Assembly: GCA_043228905.1 (NCBI GenBank) | Contig: JBHGNT010000013.1 | Coordinates: forward strand, 4,712,001-4,776,000 | Length of the DNA: 64,000 nucleotides | DNA from: Azolla caroliniana | Lineage: Eukaryota; Plantae; Polypodiophyta | Direction of reading: 5' to 3' | Shown: piece after piece, positions 38,826 to 51,095 of the stretch | How positions within the stretch are numbered: position 1 is the first letter of the stretch | Layout of the letters: every line of letters starts with the position of its first letter | The notes under the pieces: generated by a model | Told to the model about the DNA's origin: nothing | The model's input: the letters and a program-made list of their open reading frames with translations, nothing else | Databases searched by the model: none | Position numbers and translations under genes: made by a program

Positions 38826-39866
38826 CTCGATCGTGTCCTCTTCCTCCATCTAAGTGTGTAGAGCATGTGGCATTCCGAGGCATTGCTCTTAGTTCGAACA
38901 TGATTTTCTTCAACCAATAGCATTGACTGAAGATCGTAAAAAGAGGGAGGATTCTCCCTTGCTAGAACAATGGTTCTCATCGCGCCGAACCGTGGTGCGA
39001 GTCTGTTGAGGCATATTTACATCATCTCGTCATCATCCACATTGACGCTTATTGAGCCGAGTGAATCACAAAGCTCCTTGATCTTCAAGGTGTAGCTTGT
39101 GATGGACATATCCCTTTGCTAGATATTATTCAACCCTTGGTGGAGTTGAAGCTTTCGTGTAGTCGTATTGGCGGCGAATATCTTCATGTAGTCGTATTGG
39201 TCATGAACACATGTCGCCAAGCAATACATTACTCGACTCACCACTTGCTCCCATGGTGAGTTGTCGGCGTCCTTTGGGTCGGGTCGATTTTCTTGTGCTC
39301 CTTTGATGTAGCTCCAATAACCTTGACTGACAAGGTATTGGTGCATCTTGTACTCCCAAGATACAAAGTTGTTTAGGTCCAACTTCTCATTAGGAAGAAC
39401 GCAACCCATTTGAGTATTCATTATGTCAATGTAGTTTTCTTCCTTCTTTTCCTTCTCTCTCGAACACGAGCTATGTAGTCGCACTATGATAGCGATGAGC
39501 CAATTCTTCTTGAACATCGGTGTAGAAAACGACACACATAGATGGGCTAGATTGAACTACCAAATCGCTCTGATACCATGTGAAGAATCATGGTATGATT
39601 CTGTGCAGCAGAATAGGTTAGAGATGTGTGTTGTGTGTGTGTGTTTGAGAAGAGGAGAGGAGAGAGACACAAGATCAAATGGATGATAGAATAGAAAATA
39701 CTCAAGAGATTGTATATTACAACGGAGATTAACCGACACATTACAAAGTAGGAGGAGGGTGCTTTATGTAGTCACCCTCTCTCTTCATTAACTACCGAAA
39801 CTCATCGATCATGGGGAATGTGGAAACTCATTAGTTATGTGTCATAGAATATGATTCTATGACACA
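38826..39866 (-). mobile_element. Truncated Copia (5' LTR 39579-39866, PBS, gag)
   Basis: PBS tggtatcagagc at 39567-39578; gag MGCVLPNEKLDLNNFVSWEYKM...RENPPSFYDLQSMLLVEE. Confidence 0.82.
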
Positions 39867-40344
39867 TTTAATGCTACAAAAGCAGTGGTGACTTTTGACC
39901 TTTGAGTGTACATGGATTCTCAAAGGGTGTGTTCACACACTGGACTAGGTTGAGCTTGATTCTCAACATTTCCCTAACCCAGTTAGTATATAATTGGCCT
40001 TGTAACCTAGTTCATATTGTGGTGGATGTTGTTGTTGCCATCTTGAATAATACAATAGTATATGTTTGTGCCTCTCTATCTTTGTCTCCCTCGTTTTCAC
40101 TCTATCTATTGATATTGCTCTCTGTTCATCTTCTTGTGCTTCATGAAAGGGTATTGTTTCTTGTTTCTGCATACCGACGAGCTTAAACTCCAACAGTAGG
40201 AAACGTGTGTCACTCACAAGCTATAATGTTTAGTGACACATGCAAAATTTTAGTGGCACGTCAATATGGAAACACATCACTACATTGAGGTAAAAAACCC
40301 TAGGTTTAGCAACAAGTATTTTTTCTAATGATAAGAAACGGGGA

Positions 40345-41248
40345 TTCCATGGAAGTCGAAGCTTCAGGAGTGCACGACCACTTCAACAACTGAAGCCGAA
40401 TATGTAGCCGCATCCAACACAATGAAAGAGGCTCTATGGCTCAATTGGCTAGCGTGTACATTTGACAAGTCGATCACAATTCACCTCCAATTGTCCATAG
40501 TGATGTTGTCGCTTTGTCAAAGAATCTAGTTCATCATAACACCTCCAAGCATGTTGACGTTCGGTATCACTTCGTTTGGGTTTGTGTAACTTTGGGGAAG
40601 CTCGGCCTCCAGAAGATATCCACAACCAACAACATATCAGATGAGATGACCAAGTGTCTCGCAGCTGCCCTATTCCGATCACTTCGGCACCAGATGGGCT
40701 TAACGAGAAATCTGTCTAATTGAGTCAGACAACAGATAGCTTCTGACAATCAGCCCTAACTGTCGAACATGCTTTTGCACTTGAACCACCCGATTCAGCC
40801 TTCGTTTCTTCCAGCCATCATCAACTCAATTATAAGCCGATCTGCGCTAGCATCTCTTTGTATATCATGTATACCTTGTTTCATATTACAAGTCTCTCCT
40901 TAGTGTATACACCCATTACGGGGGAGTGTTGAATACGTGTGTATAATGGCCGTATTTACATTGTCCCTTTGAACAAACTAGGTTTAGAACAATAATGTAA
41001 GTATGTCAAAGGGCAATTGCCCTAGCCTAGTTAGTATATAGCTGGCTTTGTAACCTAGTTCAAGAAGAGGTTGTTGATAGTGCCATTCTTGTATTGTAAC
41101 TTTTGGAACAAGGTTGTTACATTGTGTGCCTCTTTGTCTCTCTCACTCACTCTCTGTCTCCTTGATTTTCCTTTAACACATTAACTTGGCAATCTTCATA
41201 ACATAGATGTTGTTCTTGTTTCAGCACTGATGATCTCAAACTCCAATA
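40345..41248 (+). mobile_element. Copia RNase H fragment, PPT and 3' LTR (related to 12035-17613)
   Basis: WKSKLQECT...SKHVDVRYHFV; cccattacgggggag before the LTR start at 40927, as at ~17271-17285. Confidence 0.8.
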
Positions 41249-43117
41249 GTTTGGTTAGTATATAACCAACTTTGTAACCTAGTTTGATGTGGGTTTTTTT
41301 GCCATTGTTGTTGTAACTGAAATTTTGAAAAATACAATGTATTATTTGTGCCTCTTGGTTTCGTTCTCTCTCTCTCCCTCCACTATTGCATCCTGTTAGA
41401 TTCTTGCAGATGTCTTTGTTACTGCTGTTCTTTGTTCTATGTCCATCAACTTGTTGTCTTTTAGCATATAGTGCTTTGTTGTATATCCTTCACTGGACGA
41501 CTTAATTTCCAACAATTTCAACTTCCACAATTGCAATGAATGTCTAAAGAGGGTTTCTTGATGTAAATAATTCAATTTGACTCATGAGGATAATTTTGGC
41601 AAGCAAGTAGATAGAAACCCATTTACACAAAAAAAAAATCAAGCGCTCTTCTATTGTGAGTTGTAGGAATACTTTAAAGGTCACTCGTTCACTTGAGTAA
41701 TGAATCAATCATTTATTTTTTAAAGGTACAACTCTCCTTAATTGCAAGTTCAATTGAGCTACAATAATAGGATAGAAAATAATCACTTTGATGAATTCCA
41801 GCTTGACTTGAGTTACTTCTTGTTCTGTAATTGCATAGTAAGACAATATTTAGAATTGTTAGGAAATGGTTTAGTTGACTAGGTTAGTTTCACTTTCAAG
41901 CAAATTTCAAATGGGTTTAAAATTCTATCCCAAACATGCAGAATGTTTACATTTACGATACATTAACTTTTTATTCATGTGTCATAGCTTGGTGACATAT
42001 TAACATGCCTTACATTGTAAACTAGTACATAAAATCCTATCAAGAAAAATACAACTTTCAATTTTCTCGTACGTTCTCATTACTAATTGATGAAGCTTTC
42101 CATTAATAGGCATCTCTATGATGACTTTTATGCATTAGGCCTCATTTATCATGCCCTATTCTATTCATTAATAATCTTAAATTAACACATTTATTGAACC
42201 TCTTTGAGATGAAAAGGATGTTAAGGGGATTCAAACATTATGTATAATGGTTGTAGTAGTGGCATGTGATTGAAGCGAATGAAGCACACTACACACTTAA
42301 CACCTTTATTTAAAAACAAGGTGCAGTAGGATCATATATTGAATGTTCAACACCATCAAACACTGAATAAAGATTGACTTGATACTTTGAGGATCTTAGA
42401 TTTTGCAATGTCAAGAAAGCGATAAAATAAAATATAAAACATCAAATATTTTATATTGATGGAATATAAAGTATTTAAAATTGTTTAAAGTAAAGACCTT
42501 CATATTAACTTGGAGTGACACCCTCTTCTCCATTATCATTAACAAAACAAGTTGTTTAAAGTCATCAGTCTAGTGCAACAAAGAGCTAGAGGGGTGTGGA
42601 AACATGTCTTTCCTTGAAATGACTTCTTAAAATTTTGTGCGTGTTGTGTTTTGGGGTGGTTCTCCCATGATGGTCAAATCTTCGACGAGGCCTAAGTGGA
42701 ACTACCAAGCTCCCATATTATACATGGGATGTAAATATGTATGTATAGTTGGAGCACAAGTGGGTTAGCATAGTTGTGTTACCGAGATATATTTGTTATA
42801 AAAGAGTTCGTTGGCATAAGTAGAGACGGGGTAAAATGGGGCTTACTTCAGTTTTGTTGGAGATAGGGGCCGCATGAGTTTTTATTGTTTTCTTTACTAG
42901 TTCTAGAGTTGTTCCTCCAAGTTGTATATTCTTATCCCACTGTGGATTCGGGTTGAACTCTATTGTATTTTGTTTGCTAACTAATGAGAAGTAGTGTTTT
43001 TTCGGGGAAAAAAACATGTTGTGTTGTCCCAATACAATTTGTCTTGACAACTCATGGTGTGGGCATGCCATTGAGACTCTTCTTCGTTTCCTTTAGGACC
43101 TAACCTTTTGTGATCAA

Positions 43118-43522
43118 AGTTCACTACTTATCTCTTTTAGATTTTTACAATAGAACTTAGATCCTTTTTCTATATTTTTTTGCACAAGAAGAATATCACT
43201 CTTCATACTAAGAAAGATCTAGGTCATTCATTTTCACGTTCATATGAATTGTCTAAGTTTTCTCTTAGAGTATCCTATTTTTTTAGTGGTGACATGGCTA
43301 GATGTATGAGAGTTCACTACTTATCACTCCGAAATGTTTTTTGGCTCTTTTAGATTTTTACAATAGAACTTAGAACCTTTTTCTATATTTTTTGCACAAG
43401 AAAAATATCTCTCTTCATACTAAGAAAGATCTAGGCTATTTGTTTTCACGTTCATATGAATTATCTAAGTTTTCTCTTAGAGTATCCTCTTTTTTTTAGT
43501 GGTGACATGGTTAGATGTATGA
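43118..43522 (+). repeat. Direct tandem duplication of ~195 bp (2 copies)
   Basis: agttcactacttatc...agatgtatga occurs at 43118 and 43311; the second copy has ~19 extra bp. Confidence 0.85.
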
Positions 43523-44164
43523 AATGATGTGTGGTAAATACGTTGCATGGGACTTTAACTCAATTCTAATATTTCCAACAATTTATATAATGCTTTGCTA
43601 AAAATAATTATATATGTACGACATCATCTTCAAGAGGACATATTTTAGTGGTAGAAAAAATAAATGTACGTAGGTTTCATTGCTAAAAATATGTGTATTT
43701 GAGAGGACAACAATACATCCTCATCTTTGTTGTCATCTTTGTCTCTACCTCCCTCACTTGCAATGCTTCGTTTCCATGCTTTTTCATGTTAGAGATCATT
43801 CGAGAAGGCCAAGGTATTCTCGAATCTCAATATTTGGCTTATAGAGTTAAATTGAATGTGATATTTTGAGATGAAATATATACATTTTAAAGAATACAAA
43901 GCTTCAAAGAGAAGTAAACCGAAATACCATGTTCTTGAGCACCAAAAGTCTTTGTTTTCTTTTACAAGTTAAACGCAAATAGTCTCATACTTAACCCCAA
44001 TATGCAACATTGCATGCACACCATCTTATCTAGGACTTATATGTGTGTTGCTATCCATAATATTCCATGAATTTGTAGAATTTTGAACATGAAACAATCG
44101 TTCAAAGGGAAAGTTTTTGTCCCCAGTACATTTTTTGTATGTGGATGTTGTGTGTGCTCATGTC

Positions 44165-44343
44165 CAGGGCAAGAATTTGACGGGTGTCATGCCCGTCTAA
44201 GGCCATTTTGCCCGTCAAAAAACATACACCTAATAAAAATGTCCGTCAAGTGACATATAAACTTACAATTTTCATTTTTCATGCGAAAGGCGCCCAAAAA
44301 TTATACATGTCAAATGACATGCTAAAAATTTAATTTCCATGTC

Positions 44344-44380
<37 letters not shown>

Positions 44381-45588
44381 TAACATATATATATATGACA
44401 TGGCAAAGGTTGAATTGGGAGTCGGGACTTTTCTTGGCTGGCGGCAACCATTATGGATAACCAAAATCGATTCCGGCCAAGATTTCCGACCAACTGGAAT
44501 TTAGTCAGAAGAGTTGGCTATTTCTATAGTATATGAAAATATTTATATTGTATATTTCTTTCAATGTTTCATTCCCAAATTCCCCCCTCTCTCTATTTCC
44601 CCCCCGTTTTCTCTTTTCTTGCTTCCTTCTTCACGCTTCCTGTTCCTTCTTCATGCGTTGCTCGTTGCTTTCCTTCATCGCTACTCCCTGTTCCTTGGTT
44701 GTTACCCATTGCTCCCGGCTCGCTCACTACACGTTGCTCCCTATCGCTTCTCAGTGATTGCACGACATCTACTGTTTACCACTACACCACTCTGAAGTAT
44801 GTATTTTGTCTCTCTTTTTCTCTTTCTCTCTATTTTCTCAGTTTTTCTCTTTCATTGAATCTTTTTTCTTTGAAGATTGCTCATGAGAAGCGTGTATGAC
44901 AAAGTGGAATGCATTTTCTTTTATTCCCACAAAAATCTACAATAGGATAAGGACTAAGCAATTAGAGAGATTAGTTACATATGTTTGTCCAATATGGACT
45001 TATTGAAAGCCATTGAAAGCATGGAGGAGGTGAGATACGTCTGATTGTTGATTGGTTGAACCCATAGATATCAAGGAGTATGGTTGTGATGAGGTTATTA
45101 TGTTTGATTGTTGATTGGATGAACTATTAATATGCACAAGTGATGCTAGAGGAATTTTAGGAGACATCAAACATTTGTTGGAGGGATATATTTAACCTTT
45201 GGTTTGAAGAGAAAGAGAGAAGGATAGTATCATTGACGTAGACACATATTGCACAATGCTAAATATGAGGAATCACAATATGACAAATATTTTTTTGTAT
45301 TTTTTGGGCTTTAAGAAATATATGATGATTAAGTATTCAATTTGTATCATTTTTTTTGTATGATTTCATTATCTTTGTCATGTAGTTATGTTTATTTGTT
45401 TATCTTTGTGTATTTTCTATAGTAATAAAATGTATAATAATGAAGCATCATATAGAGCTTTTCATTACATATTAAAACTTGTTCGTCAAATGACATATTA
45501 GTTTTTGCACTCTCATGTCATATGACATACATCTTTAAAAAATGCCCGTCAAAAAACTTAAAGACCAACCTGTCAAATTCAGGCCCTG
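44165..45588. mobile_element. Non-autonomous hAT DNA transposon (1.4 kb)
   Basis: TIRs cagggcaagaatttgacggg / cagggcctgaatttgacagg (reverse complement), 8-bp TSD ctcatgtc/ctcatgtt, and subterminal ccgtcaa and tgacat arrays at both ends. Confidence 0.85.
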
Positions 45589-46948
45589 CTCATGTTGTCT
45601 AGTAACGTTGAACTTCGCATGCATATTACACTGATTCATTCATAGTGGGTGTATGTTGTTAAGAATCGTCAATATTTGACCCATAGAGTTAAATTCAGAA
45701 AAAATATATATTTTAAAAGAAAAAAGAAACCAAATACTATGTTCTTGTGCACCAAAAGTCTATGTTTTATTTTACAAGCCAAACACAAATCGTTTCATAC
45801 TTTACTCCAATATGCATCAATGCATGCACACCATCTTATGTAGCACTTATATGTGCTTTGCTATCCATAATATTCTATGAATTTGTAGAATTCTTTAACA
45901 TGAAGTTGGCATTCAAAGGTTGAAAATTCATAGGAAAAGTTCAAACCTTCAAGAGAGCTTAATGGAGGTAGCTTTGCTTGTTCTCATGAATTTGGACAAA
46001 CAAGTTGGCTAGGCTACCGCTTTGACAACATTTTTTTATATTTGGATGTTATCTATGGTCATGTCATCTTGTGAGGACAAACTTAGAATTTGTATGAGAG
46101 TGAGTCATTCATAGGGAGGGAGGATGTATGTATGTTAAGGTTATGACTTGGTTACGTTTAAAAAGGAGTTGATCTTGTTGGTACAAGTCTCAATGCTGCA
46201 AATCATAACAAGGAAATGCAATGTGATTTGACGTGCAAGTAGTAGGGAAATACAAGAGTTTTCTATGGTTTGTCAAAACATTTATGTAAACTCAGGTGGC
46301 CACAAAGTAAACATAAAGATGATGGTAGCAACTTCCTTGTCATAAATGTTATATTTAATCTTTGAGGTATTGATTTTCAATAATTGAATACCATAGCATG
46401 CGCAAGCCGTTCACAAAAAAAACCAAATACCATTGATGTACTCCCAAAAATGACATTTCTCATGTGTTGGAAGATGGTTGGGGCACTTGAGAGATAGAAG
46501 ACATTACTATACACTCGATTTTCCGAAAACACATGCTGAAAGAAGGTGATCTACCATTCATCTCCACATTTGACACACAACCAAATGAGAATAGTAAGGT
46601 TCTCAACATCTCTAAGGTTATGGCATATAATGCCCTCACAAGGACCACAATGCATCTTTATCCCCATCATCATCATCTCTCTCTCTCTCTCTTTCTTGTT
46701 CTCTTGCCCTATGAGGTTCCATTTTTTAGGTCTTTTCTTATATAGTAAATGTCCATTATCTTATTAGAGTTCATTTGATGTCATACCATTGTCATTGGTA
46801 CAACTAAAAGGAATATAATCTTTAGAGATGAAAAAATATATATTCTAAAAAACGAAAGACTTTCTTTGAAGCAAAACATATTTTGGCAATGACAAAGTCC
46901 TTGTTTTTTCTATAAACGTGGAACCCAACCCAATTCATGCACAATATT

Positions 46949-48979
46949 TTACCTAGGACTTACACATGTGTAATCCATGGCCTCATTGTCTTTAGTATGA
47001 AACCAATTTCCCAAGGTAAAGTTTGGGTATTCTAGAGAAGTTAAAAGAGGTAGCTTTGCCTCATTGCCCAAGATTTGCACCACTTGCCGCATTGACGGCC
47101 TCCTTGTAGGATTGGGATGCGCACACAAAAGCCCCAACACAAGCACCTTTTCCATTTGTACAGGATCGAATAACCCATCGAGTCTCGGATCAACGATCTC
47201 GAGTATCGCTCCCTTTGTGTACAAACCCCAAACTAAATCCACGAGAGGAAAGTCTTCTCCTTTCTCCGTGTGTTGGATTGCCCGTAGCCCTGTCATCACT
47301 TCAAGAAGCAAAACACTGAAGCTATAAACGTCGGTACTTGTTGTAGCTTTGCCCGTCCTCGCAAACTCGGGTGCTAGGTAGCCCAATGTCCCAACAACCT
47401 TTGTTGTATATGGATGTTGTCCATGCTCATAAAGTCTTGCAAGCCCGAAATCCCCAAGCTTCGCGTTCATATCAACATCCAAGAGCACATTGCTAGCCTT
47501 GATGTCTCGATGCAACACTTGTTGTTCCCAACCCTCGTGCAAGTACAACATCCCTTCCGCAACTCCTCTCACGATTGTAAGCCTTTGCTCCCAGCCGAGA
47601 CGACATGTGTTGCTCCCCGAGAACAACTTATTGTATAAGCTACCATTACACATATAGTCATATACTAGTAGTAGTTCACCGTTGCATCGACTCCACCCAA
47701 GGAGTTGTACAAGGTTTCGGTGTCGTAACCGCCCCATACTTGCCATTTCCGCGATGAACTCTCTCTCCCCTTGGTTGGACCCTCTAGATAGCCTTTTCAC
47801 GGCAACTTTGATGCCGGACTTGGGCAACACTCCCTGGAACACCCGGCCGAAACCGCCAACCCCTAGCAATTGCTTGTCGTGGAAGTTGTGGGTCGCTTTA
47901 CTAAGCTCGTGATAGCCATATCTATGCAACCCAGCTCCGAACTCGAGCTCCCATCCCTCGATAACTTCTCGTCGCCGCTTCTTGTACAAGACACCCAAGG
48001 CACAAATGATGAGGAACGCGACGGCACTACCGATACTTATACCGACTTTGAAAGGCGTGGACGAGACGAGTGTGGGGGTGGGGAAGACGACTGGGAGTAA
48101 GGAGAGGTCTAGGGGTGGGGTCGTGCCATCGCTATTGAAGCTCCACGAGAGAAGCCGATGGGTTCCCGAGATGAGTCCGGTGGCGCCAGAGAATCCGACA
48201 AAGGTCTGGGGTAGGAGGACTTGTGAGAGGTCAAGATGTGTGGAGAGAAGGGGTATGGATGGCTTAGCCAGCCCCACGGGCACAATACTCACATTAAGCA
48301 TGTGATTCAAGCCATCATAATCCACCCATGCTTGGATAAATTGCCCACCCTTCAGATGGATACCTTTCTTGACTGTCTCATTCACCCAATACGCGGCCTC
48401 GCTAGCATTGATCGACGCCATACTGTTCACATTGATGCCGACATGGTTATCGTTGATGTCGTCAAACTCGAGGTCTTGGACGGTGTCGAATTCGATGGCG
48501 AAGAGGTGGTTGGAAGTGTTCCCGATGTCGCTCGAGTTGAGGAGCCCCAAGAATTGGCTAGGGAAGACGGAGTGGGCATCCAAGGAAGGGGCCATGACGA
48601 AGGCCATGCCATGTCCGCCGAAGTCATCCAAGAGAGGAGAGATGCAGAACACGAAAGTCGTGCTAAACGACGAGACGAGGTCCATCGAAGAAGAAGAAGA
48701 AGAAGAAGAAGCATTGGGCTTCTTGATTGTGATGGGGGAGGAGTAGAATGCCCTACCGAATTGCCTTGAGGATGTGTTTGTTAGCTGTATGAATGTGGTG
48801 TGGGGGCGTATCTCTGCTATCCCATCCATGGTTATGTGGTATGTTGCTGCTCTGTCGAAACCATTGAAGGTGAAGATGGTCTTCTGCTGCTGGGCTGAGG
48901 AGGAGGAGGGTTGGGCGGCGATGGTGGCCATGATGGTAACGAGGGTGAGAAGGATGGGTCGTGTTGGGCGACTGATCAT
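46949..48979 (-). CDS. L-type (legume) lectin receptor-like kinase, intronless
   Basis: Signal peptide, lectin motifs (SFSTTFVF, GHGMAF, FAIEFDT, NHVGINVN, QAWVDYDG, FVGFSGATG), TM helix, and a complete kinase (GVGGFG, VAVK, HRDIKASN, DFG, GTLGYLAPE). Confidence 0.95.
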   Translation of the reverse strand: MISRPTRPILLTLVTIMATIAAQPSSSSAQQQKTIFTFNGFDRAATYHITMDGIAEIRPHTTFIQLTNTSSRQFGRAFYSSPITIKKPNASSSSSSSSMDLVSSFSTTFVFCISPLLDDFGGHGMAFVMAPSLDAHSVFPSQFLGLLNSSDIGNTSNHLFAIEFDTVQDLEFDDINDNHVGINVNSMASINASEAAYWVNETVKKGIHLKGGQFIQAWVDYDGLNHMLNVSIVPVGLAKPSIPLLSTHLDLSQVLLPQTFVGFSGATGLISGTHRLLSWSFNSDGTTPPLDLSLLPVVFPTPTLVSSTPFKVGISIGSAVAFLIICALGVLYKKRRREVIEGWELEFGAGLHRYGYHELSKATHNFHDKQLLGVGGFGRVFQGVLPKSGIKVAVKRLSRGSNQGEREFIAEMASMGRLRHRNLVQLLGWSRCNGELLLVYDYMCNGSLYNKLFSGSNTCRLGWEQRLTIVRGVAEGMLYLHEGWEQQVLHRDIKASNVLLDVDMNAKLGDFGLARLYEHGQHPYTTKVVGTLGYLAPEFARTGKATTSTDVYSFSVLLLEVMTGLRAIQHTEKGEDFPLVDLVWGLYTKGAILEIVDPRLDGLFDPVQMEKVLVLGLLCAHPNPTRRPSMRQVVQILGNEAKLPLLTSLEYPNFTLGNWFHTKDNEAMDYTCVSPR

Positions 48980-49599
48980 GGTCGTGTATGAGGAGGCGGT
49001 GGGAAAGAAACAGAAGAGTAATAAGAGAGAGCCAGAACGAAGGAGATGGGTCGTGAACTAGAAGAGGAATTGTTCTATTCTACAATCAAAAGTGGAATGC
49101 GTTAAAGAGAAAGTGTGTGGAATTTTTTTATTGTTATTTGAACCCACGACCTTCTAGATTGGTAGAGCAAGACACTTTAAAAAGACAATTTTAGTTTATT
49201 ATTGATTGTCCCATATGGACTCCTACAACTAAAACTAAAATATTTTTATAACCAATGGAAAGAGTTTTGTTTTTGGGAAAAGAAAAATCAATTTAAAATA
49301 TTTTATTATTTTCCCATATATGTATGTATATTAGGAGAGAGAACGAGACAAAGAATATAACATATATAACCAAAAGGCTCTTAGCTCATGTGAAATGAGC
49401 TATGAGAAATGTAGACTCATTCATACACGTACACAAATCATGAAAATAGATAGACTTTCCGTGTTTTTAAAACATAAAAGCAAGAGGGAGAAAGTTCTCC
49501 GCAGTTCCACTCATAATCCTCCCATATGAACTTTGATTTGGGCAAGCTACACATGATGTGACATAATTAATTAGGTTTTTGCATAGCATTCTTCAATGA

Positions 49600-50500
49600 A
49601 ACGCACCATGGGGCTTGTGAAACCATGAACTAATAAAGGATGTTCTGCTACATAAGGATGATATAATTATTCGTGATGCAAAGTTCATGGATACTATAAA
49701 GGTGGAGATTCCAGAAAAGGACATCTTCAAAGTCTTCTTTATGTTTTACGATACAGGTATTAATTCCATTCTCGTACAAGAACAATATCATTGGTAGAGT
49801 GGTTTTGCAAGTGAGTTAATGTTATAGTGGAAAAAGTAGGCTTGAAGCTATATACAAAAGCCCAAGGTTTTTTTTTTCCCAATGGGATGGATGGACTTTT
49901 GTGTCGTCTTCAATCTTTTCCAATTACAATTTGGTTCATGTTATTGTTTGGAAATCATTACCTAAGTTTCAAATAGACTTTCAAGAAACAAAGCCCGATT
50001 TGGGATTAGTTGGCTTCCTATACAATATGGTATGAAGAAACTGGGAAAATTGGTAGTAGCCAATCCAAATCCTAAAGTACATAGCTCATAATGATTATGA
50101 AATTAGGAAAAGTGATAGCAGCCGGTGGGTAAGGATTGGAGATGTTAAAGGGCCGGTGATAGCACTGATAGACCATGGATTCAAAATCAATTGAATGTCC
50201 GTGGCCTTCTACAAGAAAGGGAAGTGTCTGATCAAGACGAAGCATGGCTTGAAGATTAGAGTAGCAACCTGAGCAACCGAAGAGCTACATAGGGCTTGCC
50301 CAAACATTCGGGTGAAGGTAAAGGATGCGGAGATCAACCAACACTTCTTTGTACAAGAGATATATTGTCACCACATCATATTGTGTGAACCATACATAAT
50401 GGTGGCTCACATTGAGAAGAAGGTGCTTGAAAATGGGTTGGCATATTTATAGGTCAAGAGCCAGATGAGAGGAATTCAATCCAATTCCTTATGGTAAGGC
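49600..50500 (+). pseudogene. Heavily decayed Gypsy-like integrase remnant
   Basis: Only scattered fragments resembling the INT core and GPY/F region, with many stops; followed by a repeat-rich tract. Confidence 0.3.
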
Positions 50501-50619
50501 CTAACCATGCCGAGACTCCCTCAAAGTCGAAAGCCAAGAGAATTTTCAATGCAGTGTCGCAAAGTTACGCGCATACGTATGCTTCTCAAGTGGGACCATT
50601 GTGGGCTTGAACAAGAGAG

Positions 50620-51095
50620 GATGAATGACTCGAAGGCTTGTTAGAATCAAAGGTTTGTCAGAGTCTAAAGCTCCTAGGCGTTGAAAGATTGTTAAACACG
50701 AAGGCTCATCAAGGTCGAAAGCTCCTAAGGGTCAAAAGATCGTTAGACTTGAAGGCTCTGCAGAATCAAAAGTAAGTCAAAGTTGAATGTTGTATAGAGT
50801 CGAAGCTAGATCAAAGTCCAAGGCTCTTTAGTGTTGAAGGAAAGTTAGAGTCAAATGCTTTATAAAGTCAAAGGTATATTAGAGTTGAAGGCTTTGTAGA
50901 GTTGAAGCTAGATTAGAGTCGATGGCTCTACAGAGTTGTAGGTAGGTCAGATTTGAACACTCTACAAAGTGGAAGATTAGTTAGAGTCGAATGTATCCAG
51001 AGTTGAAGATTAGTAAGAGTCGAGTGTAACCTAGAGTCGAAGATTCTTGATAGTCGAAGGCTCTCCAGACTCAAATGATCCTCAGAGTCGAAGGT
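50620..51095 (+). repeat. Degenerate ~17-20-bp tandem repeat array (agagtcgaagg core)
   Basis: Roughly 25 imperfect copies of (tt)agagt(c/t)gaag(g/a). Confidence 0.75.

Noticed and set aside
47064-49061. Plus-strand ORFs opposite the LecRK
   Set aside because: Antisense shadows of a GC-rich coding sequence.
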